DNA from: an uncultured Arcobacteraceae bacterium
GTDB lineage: Bacteria > Campylobacterota > Campylobacteria > Campylobacterales > Arcobacteraceae
Reading direction: 5' to 3'
NCBI GenBank assembly: GCA_964022095.1
Contig: CAXHZO010000001.1
Coordinates: 160,001 to 224,000 of the forward strand
Length of the DNA stretch: 64,000 nt
Part shown: piece after piece, positions 31,332-40,373 of the stretch
Layout: each line of letters starts with the position of its first letter
Numbering within the stretch: the stretch's first letter is position 1
Notes under the pieces: model-generated
What the model was told of the DNA's origin: nothing
Databases searched by the model: none
The model's input: only the letters and a program-made list of their open reading frames with translations
Program-made: the position numbers and the translations under genes

Positions 31332-31904
31332 ATGTTATGTTTAGCTTGTAAGAATATATCTTTTAAAATCATTTGTGAGAATTGTCAAAAAAAATTATTG
31401 TCACCTTCATTCCATAAAAGAGAAATACTTCCAGGATTTTATAACTATTCATTTTATTCATTATCAGAACTTGAAGATTTAATTAGTTCTAAATACTATT
31501 TTCATGGGGATAGAGTTTTTAATGTTTTAGCAAAACTCTCTTTTAAAAAATTCGCACAAAACTTTGAATTTGAAGAAAATATTATAGCAATTCCAATTGA
31601 CGATCATACAAGACATGAGTTTTCACACACTGCTATCTTAGCCAAACATCTAAAATCAAAATATATTAAACCAAAATATAACTGTTTAAAAGCCACAAAT
31701 ATAGTTAAATATGCAGGAAAAGATGCTCTATTTAGACAAAATAATCCAAGAAAATTTAAACTTACAAATATATATAATCAAACAACAATTTTATGTGATG
31801 ATATTATCACCACAGGTGCTACAATTAAAGAAGCGAAGATAGCTTTAGAAAAACAAAATAATAAAGTGCTATTTTCTTTAACCCTAGCTGATGCAAAACT
31901 TTAG
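31332..31904 (+). CDS. ComF-family phosphoribosyltransferase-like protein
   Basis: N-terminal CxxC/CxxC; LCDDIITTGAT. Confidence 0.85.
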   Translation: MLCLACKNISFKIICENCQKKLLSPSFHKREILPGFYNYSFYSLSELEDLISSKYYFHGDRVFNVLAKLSFKKFAQNFEFEENIIAIPIDDHTRHEFSHTAILAKHLKSKYIKPKYNCLKATNIVKYAGKDALFRQNNPRKFKLTNIYNQTTILCDDIITTGATIKEAKIALEKQNNKVLFSLTLADAKL

Positions 31905-31933
31905 TATAATATTTTTTTAATAAAGGGATTAAA

Positions 31934-32539
31934 GTGATAGGAATTATTGATTATAATATGGGAAACTTAGCAAGTGTTTATAATGCATGTCATTTATTAG
32001 ATGCAAAAGCAACAATTGTAAAAGACCCAGATGATTTAAAGAATTTTAATAGAGTTATCTTACCAGGTGTTGGTGCATATGGCGATGCAATGGAACACTT
32101 AAATCAAACAGGTATGAAAGAAGCAGTTCTACAATTTGCCAAAACTGGAAAACCTATGATTGGAATATGTCTTGGAATGCAACTTTTATTTGAAAGTTCG
32201 CAAGAGTTTGGACATACTCAAGGACTAGGTTTAATTGATGGGGAAGTTGTAAAATTTGATAAATCAAGAATGCATGAAGATCACAAAATTCCACATATGG
32301 GATGGAATACAATTGTAAATAAAGAGCATCTATTGTTTGATGGACTAAAAGATCCTTATTTATATTTTGTTCACTCTTATCATGCAGTTACACATGAGAA
32401 AAATATAATTGGAACTACAAACTATGGATATGAGTTTGCAAGTGCAGTTAACAAAGATAACATTTATGGATTTCAACCACATCCAGAAAAATCTCATGAT
32501 AATGGTATTCAAATTTTAAAGAACTTCATGAAAATCTAA
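31934..32539 (+). CDS. hisH: Imidazole glycerol phosphate synthase, glutaminase subunit
   Basis: LPGVG, GICLGMQ, PHMGWN, YFVHSY and QPHPEKS motifs; GTG start. Confidence 0.96.
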   Translation: MIGIIDYNMGNLASVYNACHLLDAKATIVKDPDDLKNFNRVILPGVGAYGDAMEHLNQTGMKEAVLQFAKTGKPMIGICLGMQLLFESSQEFGHTQGLGLIDGEVVKFDKSRMHEDHKIPHMGWNTIVNKEHLLFDGLKDPYLYFVHSYHAVTHEKNIIGTTNYGYEFASAVNKDNIYGFQPHPEKSHDNGIQILKNFMKI

Positions 32540-32559
32540 ATCTTTAAAAAGGAGCTCTT

Positions 32560-33411
32560 ATGAAAACAATTGCTATAACAGGAGCTAGTGGTTTTGTAGG
32601 TACTAGTTTACGAAACTTTTTCACTAACAAATATTACAAAGTTATCTCAATACAAAGAGAAACACTAAATAATAAATCAAGATTAGAAGAGAATATTGAC
32701 TCTTCTGATATTGTTATAAACCTAGCTGGTGCTAATATTATCAATAGATGGAGTGACTCATATAAAAAACTTCTATACTCCAGTAGAATAGAAACTACAA
32801 AAAAAATCGTTGATGCTATTGAAAATGTCAAAAATAAACCTGAACTTCTAATATCAACTTCAGCAGTTGGAATTTATGATAATAAAGCTACATACACAGA
32901 AGAGGGAAATCACTCAAAAGACTTTTTAAGTTCACTTTGTGAAGACTGGGAAAAAGAAGCTTTAAAAGCTAAAAGTGATAAAACAGATGTATCAATCTTT
33001 AGATTTGGTATTGTTTTAGGAAAAAATGGAGGGGCATTAGCAAAAATGATTACTCCATTTAAATTTGGTCTTGGTGGAGTTATTGGAAATGGTAAGCAAG
33101 CATTTTCATTTATTCATATTCAAGATTTATTAGAGGCTTATAAATTCATAATAGAAAATCCTTGTTCAAAAGTATTTAATCTAAGTGCACCATGTCCAAC
33201 TACAAATGCAGGATTAACAAACGCTTTAGGTAAAACACTAAAAAGACCTACTATACTTCCAGTACCAGAATTTGTTTTAAGACTTATTTTCTCAGAAGGT
33301 GCTAAAGTTTTAACGGATGGACAGAGTGCTATTCCTCAAAATTTATTAGACCTGGGATTTGAGTTTAAATACAAAACAATAGAAGATACAATCGAAGATT
33401 TGTGTAAATAA
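32560..33411 (+). CDS. TIGR01777-family NAD-dependent epimerase/oxidoreductase
   Basis: ITGASGFVG, INLAGA and RFGIVLG motifs. Confidence 0.85.
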   Translation: MKTIAITGASGFVGTSLRNFFTNKYYKVISIQRETLNNKSRLEENIDSSDIVINLAGANIINRWSDSYKKLLYSSRIETTKKIVDAIENVKNKPELLISTSAVGIYDNKATYTEEGNHSKDFLSSLCEDWEKEALKAKSDKTDVSIFRFGIVLGKNGGALAKMITPFKFGLGGVIGNGKQAFSFIHIQDLLEAYKFIIENPCSKVFNLSAPCPTTNAGLTNALGKTLKRPTILPVPEFVLRLIFSEGAKVLTDGQSAIPQNLLDLGFEFKYKTIEDTIEDLCK

Positions 33412-33432
33412 AACTAAACAAGGAAGTATTAT

Positions 33433-34140
33433 ATGGATATTTTACCAGCAATTGATCTAAAAGATGGAAAAGCTGTAAGATTAAGTAAAGGACTTATGGA
33501 TAGTGCGAAAATCTATTCTGATGAGCCATGGCAAGTAGCAAAAAGATTTGAAGAGTTAGGTAGCAAATGGGTTCATGTTGTTGATTTAAATGGTGCCTTT
33601 GCAGGAGAGCCAGCAAATTTAGAGCAAATCAAAAAGATTAAAGAAAATTGTAACTTAAAGATTGAAGTTGGTGGTGGAATCAGAGATGAAGAGACTATCA
33701 AAATGTATTTAGAGCTTGGAATTGATAGATTAATTTTAGGTTCAATTGCGGTAAAAGATCCTCAATTTGTAAAAGATATGGCTAGTAAATATCCAATTGC
33801 TGTTGGAATTGATGCGATGAATGGAATGGTTGCAGTCGAAGGTTGGGCAGAGGTTTCAACTATGAAGGCAACTGATTTAGCAAAAGAGTTTGCAAATGCA
33901 GGTGTTGAAGCGATTATTTGTACAGATATTTCAAAAGATGGAATGCTTTGTGGTGTAAATGTAGAATTTACTGAATCAATAGCACTTGCATCTGGAGTTG
34001 ATACAATTGCAAGTGGTGGAGTAAAAGATATAAATGACATCACTAATTGTAAAGAAAATGGAAATGTAACTGGAGTAATAGTTGGTAAAGCATTTTACGA
34101 AGGTACTCTTGATTTAGAAGAGGCTTTTAAAGCCCTTTAA
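33433..34140 (+). CDS. hisA: ProFAR isomerase
   Basis: [26 protein letters not shown] and TDISKDG motifs. Confidence 0.96.
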   Translation: MDILPAIDLKDGKAVRLSKGLMDSAKIYSDEPWQVAKRFEELGSKWVHVVDLNGAFAGEPANLEQIKKIKENCNLKIEVGGGIRDEETIKMYLELGIDRLILGSIAVKDPQFVKDMASKYPIAVGIDAMNGMVAVEGWAEVSTMKATDLAKEFANAGVEAIICTDISKDGMLCGVNVEFTESIALASGVDTIASGGVKDINDITNCKENGNVTGVIVGKAFYEGTLDLEEAFKAL

Positions 34141-34310
34141 TTAAAAAGGTTAGTGAATGTGTCTTATCATCTCTCTAATCTTTTCAAGCCTAGCATATAC
34201 TTTCTATGAAGATGGAAATATGCAAGGCTTTTATATAAATATCTCAATCGCCCTATTCTTTATACTACTAATGACTAGAAATATACTAAAAACTAAAAAA
34301 CTAAAAGACA

Positions 34311-35624
34311 ATGAAAGAAAAAATTAAACAAAAAACAGAATCAATTTATGAAAAACTCATGAATGAAGAAGATGCAAGAGTTTGTAAAGCTATTGATGAA
34401 AGTGCTTGTAAAGTAGTTCCTGGAAACTTTTTTCTTACTATTATTAGCTACTTTTTTAATAAACTAGCTGATAGTGTTGCTAATACAAAAGTAATCATTC
34501 CTTGGATTATGCAAAGTCTTAATGTCCCACTTTTTTTAATTAGTTTTTTAGTTCCGATTAGAGAATCAGGATCATTACTACCACAACTATTAATTGCTGC
34601 ATTTGTACGTAAAATGCCTATTAGAAAATATGTATGGAGTATTGGAGCATTTTTACAAGCAATATCAATGATAGGTATTGGAATTGTGGCATGGAATATG
34701 ACAGGACTTAATGCTGGTATTGCTATTATTGCTTTGATAATAATTTTTTCTTTAGCAAGAGGACTTAGCTCTGTTGCAGCAAAAGATGTACTTGGTAAAA
34801 CAATTCCAAAAACAAGAAGAGGAGCTCTAAATGGATACTCTGGAAGCTTAGCTGGTCTTTTAGTAATTGGTCTTGGAGTTTATTTTCTTAGCATTGGAGA
34901 AAAACCTTTTTCACCTCAAAACTTTGGAATAATACTTTTTGTAGCAGGATTTTTTTGGATAATAGCAGGACTGGTATATTCAAGAATACAAGAGTTTGAA
35001 GGGGAAACTGAAGGTGGAGGAAATGCTATTAGTGTTGCATTAAAAAAAGTAAGTTTACTTAAAACAGATAAAGACTTTAGAAACTTTGTAATCTCAAGAG
35101 CACTATTTTTATGCTCAGTCTTATCAGCACCATTTTTTGTGATACTAGCTCAACAACACTCTAACTCTAATAACTACTTACTTGGTCTGTTTATACTTGC
35201 AGGTGGAATTGCCGAATTTTCTTCATCAATTATTTGGGGAAAGTTATCTGATAAATCTAGCAAAAAATCTATGATAATAGGAGCAAGTATTTCTTCGGCC
35301 TTAGGATTTTTAGTATTTTTTCTAGATACTTTTTATGAAAATATTTTTGCTACTATTTGGATAATGCCCATAATCTATTTTGTTTTAACAGTTGGTTATC
35401 AAGGAATTAGAATAGGAAGAAAAACTTATTTAGTAGACTTAGCAGGTGGAAATAAAAGAACGGATTATGTGGCTGTTTCAAATAGTATTATTGGATTTAT
35501 TTTATTAGGTAGTGGATTTATTGGAGTTTTAAGCTCACTTATTGGTCTTAATGGAATTATTCTTTTATTAGCAATCATAGGTTTAATAGGAGTTTATATA
35601 TCTTCTAAATTACCTGAAGTTTAA
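34311..35624 (+). CDS. MFS transporter
   Basis: About 12 hydrophobic segments; LVPIRESGSLLPQL and WGKLSD motifs. Confidence 0.8.
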   Translation: MKEKIKQKTESIYEKLMNEEDARVCKAIDESACKVVPGNFFLTIISYFFNKLADSVANTKVIIPWIMQSLNVPLFLISFLVPIRESGSLLPQLLIAAFVRKMPIRKYVWSIGAFLQAISMIGIGIVAWNMTGLNAGIAIIALIIIFSLARGLSSVAAKDVLGKTIPKTRRGALNGYSGSLAGLLVIGLGVYFLSIGEKPFSPQNFGIILFVAGFFWIIAGLVYSRIQEFEGETEGGGNAISVALKKVSLLKTDKDFRNFVISRALFLCSVLSAPFFVILAQQHSNSNNYLLGLFILAGGIAEFSSSIIWGKLSDKSSKKSMIIGASISSALGFLVFFLDTFYENIFATIWIMPIIYFVLTVGYQGIRIGRKTYLVDLAGGNKRTDYVAVSNSIIGFILLGSGFIGVLSSLIGLNGIILLLAIIGLIGVYISSKLPEV

Positions 35625-35629
35625 TATAC

Positions 35630-36637
35630 TCATCTATTTTTTGCAACTTCCCTCATATCAATATTTTTATCAAGTTCATCAATTATTTCTCGGCCAAGTA
35701 AAGTTTCCATAGCATCTTCTAGTGTTACAATACCTTCTGTTTGACCAAATTTATCAACTACTATAAATAAATGCTCTTTTTTCTTCAAAAATAAATCAAG
35801 AAGTTTAGATACAGATAAGTTTTCACTAACTTTAAATACAGGCTTTATAAGTTTTTCTATGTCATTTGATTTATTTATATGTTCAAAGAAGTACTCTTTT
35901 GATAAAATAACACCCATAATATCATCAATATCTTTATTGTAAATAGGAACTCTAGAGTACTCTTTTAGTTTTTCTAAATTTTTTCTAGAATCAAAGACAT
36001 TTTTTAATTCATCTAAACTAAGTGAAAACATAACTTTTCTAGGAGTATAAATATCCTTAACTCTAACGTTATTCAAGTAAAGAATATTTTCTATGATTTC
36101 ACTGTCTTTTTCTTTTATTATCCCTTCTCTTTCCCCAATATTTACAACAGCTTCAATCTCTTCTTTTGTAATATTCTTTTTATCTTTTTTATTAGATATT
36201 AAAGCTGTAATTTTATTCATTACCATTAATAAAGGATAAGTTAAAAATACAAGTATTTTTATAATATAAGAGCTAATACCACTTAACTGTTTCCAATAAA
36301 CTGCACCTATAGTCTTAGGTATGATTTCTGAAAACACTAATATCAATAAAGTTAATATTGCTGAAATATAAAACATAAATTCTTGGCCAAATATCTTGAC
36401 AGCTTCTGCACCAACACCAGCTGCTCCTAAAGTGTGAGCAAAAGTATTCAAGGTCAAAATTGCACCTATTGATAAATCAATATCTCTTTTTTGTTTTATA
36501 AGTCTTTTTGCTAAAGTAGGTTTAGTTTTCAAAAGAGACTGAATATATGCAGGAGTTAAAGAAAGTAGCACTGCTTCTAAGATTGAACATAAAAAAGATA
36601 TACCTATTGCTATGAAAAAATATGTAAGTAGTAACAT
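35630..36637 (-). CDS. CNNM (DUF21)-CBS domain protein
   Basis: SFLCSILEA, SEIIPKT, YSRVPIY and GIVTLED motifs. Confidence 0.88.
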   Translation of the reverse strand: MLLLTYFFIAIGISFLCSILEAVLLSLTPAYIQSLLKTKPTLAKRLIKQKRDIDLSIGAILTLNTFAHTLGAAGVGAEAVKIFGQEFMFYISAILTLLILVFSEIIPKTIGAVYWKQLSGISSYIIKILVFLTYPLLMVMNKITALISNKKDKKNITKEEIEAVVNIGEREGIIKEKDSEIIENILYLNNVRVKDIYTPRKVMFSLSLDELKNVFDSRKNLEKLKEYSRVPIYNKDIDDIMGVILSKEYFFEHINKSNDIEKLIKPVFKVSENLSVSKLLDLFLKKKEHLFIVVDKFGQTEGIVTLEDAMETLLGREIIDELDKNIDMREVAKNR

Positions 36638-36665
36638 GTTATTCCAATTAATCTACTCTAAATAT

Positions 36666-39620
36666 CTATTTCTCTAGCATTGTATAGTGAAGTTCTAATC
36701 CACTAGAAGTTGCTACAAATCCATTTACATTTATACTACCATCATGTACCATTTTATGATGTTCTTTACATAATGGAACTAAATTATATTTATGATTTTG
36801 ATTTATGTGTCCAATAAAGCCATCTTTATTCGCTCTTGCCTGCTCTTTTATATGGTGAACATCATCACAAGCTTTTCCACAAATAACACAATTTGAAGCG
36901 AATACATCTTTGTTGTATTTAGAGGTTTTTCTTTTTGATAATCTCTCTATTGGATTATAATCATCAGTTAGTTTTTTTCTAATATCATTTGCAACACTTA
37001 AGAACTCTTTATCCATATGAAGAGATTTTGCATACTCTAATCCATACATAGATGAACCACTTCCATAAGCTAGCTTTCTATCAAATATCAACTTATCTTC
37101 ATCATCTTTATACATAACTGATAAATGAAGTGAAATTATATTTTTTAGCTTTTGAATCTCTTCTAGCTCTGGTAATTGATGTAAGTGTGTTGCAAAAACA
37201 AATATTGATTGAAGTTTTGCAAGTTTTAATATTGCACTTGCAACAATACTTAATCCACTCATTGTTTCAGTACTATGTGATATTTCATCACCAAGAACTA
37301 GTGAACTTTTTGAAGCTCTATTAAAAATATTTTTTAGCTCTAACATCTCAACTGCAAATGATGATAAACCTTTTGCAATATTATCAGCCCCACTAATTCT
37401 TGTAAACACTGCATCAAATATAGAAAATCTCATAGATTTTGCAGGTACATAAAAACCTGCTTGAGCTAAAATAACTGAGATTCCAATAGCTTTCATAAGT
37501 GAAGATTTACCTGAAGAGTTTATACCAAATAATAATACTCCATGCATTTTATTGTTATAAATATTAACTGGATTTGAGTTTTTAATAATAACATTATCTT
37601 TGTACTCTTTAGAAGCATGACTTAATTCACCTAAAATTACATCATTTGGTACATAAATACCTTGCTCTTCATTTGCTTCAATTATAGGGTGTCTTAAATC
37701 AATAAGTTCAATAAAGTTTTCATCCTCTTTTGTTTTTACGATTTTTGGACAAGTATAATTGTATTTTTTAGCTGTTTTGATATTTGATACTGTTAAATCA
37801 ACTTCAGCGATAAACTGAACTAATTCTTCAAGAAGTGTTGCGAACTTTTTCTCAAACTCTGCAATTTTTTCTTTAAATACTAGTTTATTTAATTCAACTA
37901 TTTTTCTTAAATTATGAACATATTTATCTGATACTTTCTCTGTGATTTTACAAAAGATTTTTACATTGTTTGTTTGCACTTTTACTGTAAAATCTTTGAA
38001 TAAATGTAAATCATCATCAATTATAATATGAGAGTTTTGCAAGTCATCTTTAATTAAATTGTATCTATTTTTAGTTAGAGTTAAAAAAAATCCCTCTTTA
38101 TCTAATCTATTAATTCCAACATAATTTCTATCTTCAGTTTTTAAAAAAGTTAATACGTGTGCTCTTAATAATTCTAACTTAGAATATAGCTGTTCATTTT
38201 GAGAATTCAACTCATCAATTTGTGTATTAATTCCTTCACAAACCATGTTTCTTTCAACATCTTTTAGCATATATTTACCACTAATTGATAAATCAAATGT
38301 TGAATCAATAGATTGAATAAATAGTTCAAGTTCAGCACTACTACAAGGAGGAGCTAAAAACTTGTAATTTTCCATAAAAGAAACTACTTCTTTAATACTA
38401 AGAAGTGAATCATAAAGATAGTTCAACTCAAAAGGATGGAGTCTATTTAACTTTATTCTTCTTGTAAGTCTTTCTATATCATAAATGTTTGCTAGTTCAT
38501 TCTCAATTGGTGTGTGATAATCAAAAAGTTCTTTTGAAAGTGCAAATCTTCTTAAAATTTCTTTGCTATCTTTTACAGGATGTGTTAATCTTTCTTTTAA
38601 AAGTCTTTTACCCATTGCAGTTGAAGTGTTATTGATTAATTTTATTAAACTTGGGTTATGTGTTGTTTCAATAACATTTAACTGCTCTAATGCATTATTT
38701 CCTAAATAAATATACCTACTAACATCAAGTTTAGCAGGAAATGATAATTTTTGAATAATATTTGAATCATGCCCTATTACAAAATCAATTAAAACAGCAA
38801 GTGATTCTGTACTTAAAGGAACTCTTTCCATATCAAGATGCTCAATTGCTGTTAAAAGAGATTGGATATTAAAAACATTTTTAAATAGTTCATTTTGATA
38901 ATTTATTTTTGGTCTAAAAGAGCCTATATGAAATGTTTTTAGTTTTAATTCTAAGTAATCAATTACTTCTTTTTGATCAATTAACTTATCTGCAAAAGTA
39001 ATTACTACTTCATTAGTTTTATGCATATTCATATAATTAAATACTTCATCTAGTGCAAAAAACTTATCTTCACTTGTTCCATGAACTTCATTGTAATAAC
39101 ACTTCCCAGTAGTTACATCAATAGCACTATAACCAACTAAATATATACCTTTTACCTGGTCAATTAAAAGTGAAGTAATGTTATTTTCATCTTGGTCAAC
39201 TACAAAATCAAAGTTAGTACCAGGACTAACTACTGTATCAAGGTATCTAGATACATTAGGTGGAACACCTTTTTGTCGAACTATTGCGATAGTATATTTT
39301 TGTTCGCCAATTATTCTTGCTAAGTGCTTATCAAAAGAAATTGCAGGAACACCTGCCATAATTGGATTTTCTTTTGAGTTTTCTAAGATTGTTTTATTTT
39401 TTCTTGTTAGTTGAATATTTAATAGTTCAGCAATCTCTTTTGCTTTTCCTATTTGTTCTTCTTCATTATTTACTTCGTAAACTTCAAAAAATGTTCCTAT
39501 TTCCATTAATACAACAGTATTAGGACCATATTTTTTCTCAAACAGCTTTTGAAGTTCAAAATATGTAATTGTCAGTAAAGTTTTTTTATCAGCTAAAAGC
39601 TCTGCTACTTCTTCTCTCAC
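36666..39620 (-). CDS. MutS-family protein with C-terminal HNH endonuclease (MutS7-like)
   Basis: Mismatch domain IGTFFEVY; P-loop GINSSGKSS; SSFAVEM; DEISH; FATHLH; C-terminal CVICG..DVHHI..LCKEHHKMVH. Confidence 0.88.
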   Translation of the reverse strand: MREEVAELLADKKTLLTITYFELQKLFEKKYGPNTVVLMEIGTFFEVYEVNNEEEQIGKAKEIAELLNIQLTRKNKTILENSKENPIMAGVPAISFDKHLARIIGEQKYTIAIVRQKGVPPNVSRYLDTVVSPGTNFDFVVDQDENNITSLLIDQVKGIYLVGYSAIDVTTGKCYYNEVHGTSEDKFFALDEVFNYMNMHKTNEVVITFADKLIDQKEVIDYLELKLKTFHIGSFRPKINYQNELFKNVFNIQSLLTAIEHLDMERVPLSTESLAVLIDFVIGHDSNIIQKLSFPAKLDVSRYIYLGNNALEQLNVIETTHNPSLIKLINNTSTAMGKRLLKERLTHPVKDSKEILRRFALSKELFDYHTPIENELANIYDIERLTRRIKLNRLHPFELNYLYDSLLSIKEVVSFMENYKFLAPPCSSAELELFIQSIDSTFDLSISGKYMLKDVERNMVCEGINTQIDELNSQNEQLYSKLELLRAHVLTFLKTEDRNYVGINRLDKEGFFLTLTKNRYNLIKDDLQNSHIIIDDDLHLFKDFTVKVQTNNVKIFCKITEKVSDKYVHNLRKIVELNKLVFKEKIAEFEKKFATLLEELVQFIAEVDLTVSNIKTAKKYNYTCPKIVKTKEDENFIELIDLRHPIIEANEEQGIYVPNDVILGELSHASKEYKDNVIIKNSNPVNIYNNKMHGVLLFGINSSGKSSLMKAIGISVILAQAGFYVPAKSMRFSIFDAVFTRISGADNIAKGLSSFAVEMLELKNIFNRASKSSLVLGDEISHSTETMSGLSIVASAILKLAKLQSIFVFATHLHQLPELEEIQKLKNIISLHLSVMYKDDEDKLIFDRKLAYGSGSSMYGLEYAKSLHMDKEFLSVANDIRKKLTDDYNPIERLSKRKTSKYNKDVFASNCVICGKACDDVHHIKEQARANKDGFIGHINQNHKYNLVPLCKEHHKMVHDGSINVNGFVATSSGLELHYTMLEK

Positions 39621-40042
39621 CTTCTTTTTCTAACTCCCGTCCAATCTCTAATTAGATTTCTTTGCTCTTTTGTTAAATCACCCTCTTCATGAAGCCATAT
39701 ATAACTCATTAAAGGCATAGAACCATATACTGTTCTATAAATTGCTTTTAATTTCTTTGTCTTATCTTCTTCATTATAATTTTTCCAAGTAGAAAAATTT
39801 AATGCTTTTCTACCTTCATTAACATGATTTGATATTACCCAAGAAAATGGAGCAATATGTGAGTATAAAGGCCATTTAACTTCATTTGAATGACAATCAT
39901 AACAAGCATTTTTAAATATCGTCATTACTTCAGTAGGGGCTTGTATTTCTAATGTTTTATCAACACTTGGCAAGTCTTTGTTTGTTTGAATAAATTGCAT
40001 AACAATAAATACAATTAAAAATACTAATAATGCTCTTTTCAT
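39617..40042 (-). CDS. Haem-binding domain protein (c-type cytochrome-like)
   Basis: N-terminal hydrophobic anchor; CYDCH motif; LNFSTW and MP...Y..H. Confidence 0.8.
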   Translation of the reverse strand: MKRALLVFLIVFIVMQFIQTNKDLPSVDKTLEIQAPTEVMTIFKNACYDCHSNEVKWPLYSHIAPFSWVISNHVNEGRKALNFSTWKNYNEEDKTKKLKAIYRTVYGSMPLMSYIWLHEEGDLTKEQRNLIRDWTGVRKRR

Positions 40043-40043
40043 A

Positions 40044-40373
40044 TTACTCACACATCAAAGTATATGGTCTTTTAATTTCTTCTATAAACTGATAAATACC
40101 CATGTTTCGTCCATACCTTTTAAACTCTTTTTTATCAAAATAAATTACCGTTGTAGGTATAGAAAATACAGTAAATTGGCTTGTAATTTCTTTATGTATA
40201 TCAGTTTGTACTTCGTAAATTTTGAATTTAGGGAAATTAGCAGATACTTCTTTTTCAATTTTTGGTTTTAGTACTTTACAAACTGAACAATTTTCTCCAC
40301 TAAAGTATATTAATACAGGTTCACCTGTATTAATACAATCATTTAGTTGTTGTAGTGTTTGGATTTTCTGCAA
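40044..40373 (-). CDS. Thioredoxin-family protein
   Basis: CSVC motif and SIPT; start uncertain (TTG 40373 or ATG 40379), overlapping the upstream gene. Confidence 0.75.
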   Translation of the reverse strand: MQKIQTLQQLNDCINTGEPVLIYFSGENCSVCKVLKPKIEKEVSANFPKFKIYEVQTDIHKEITSQFTVFSIPTTVIYFDKKEFKRYGRNMGIYQFIEEIKRPYTLMCE

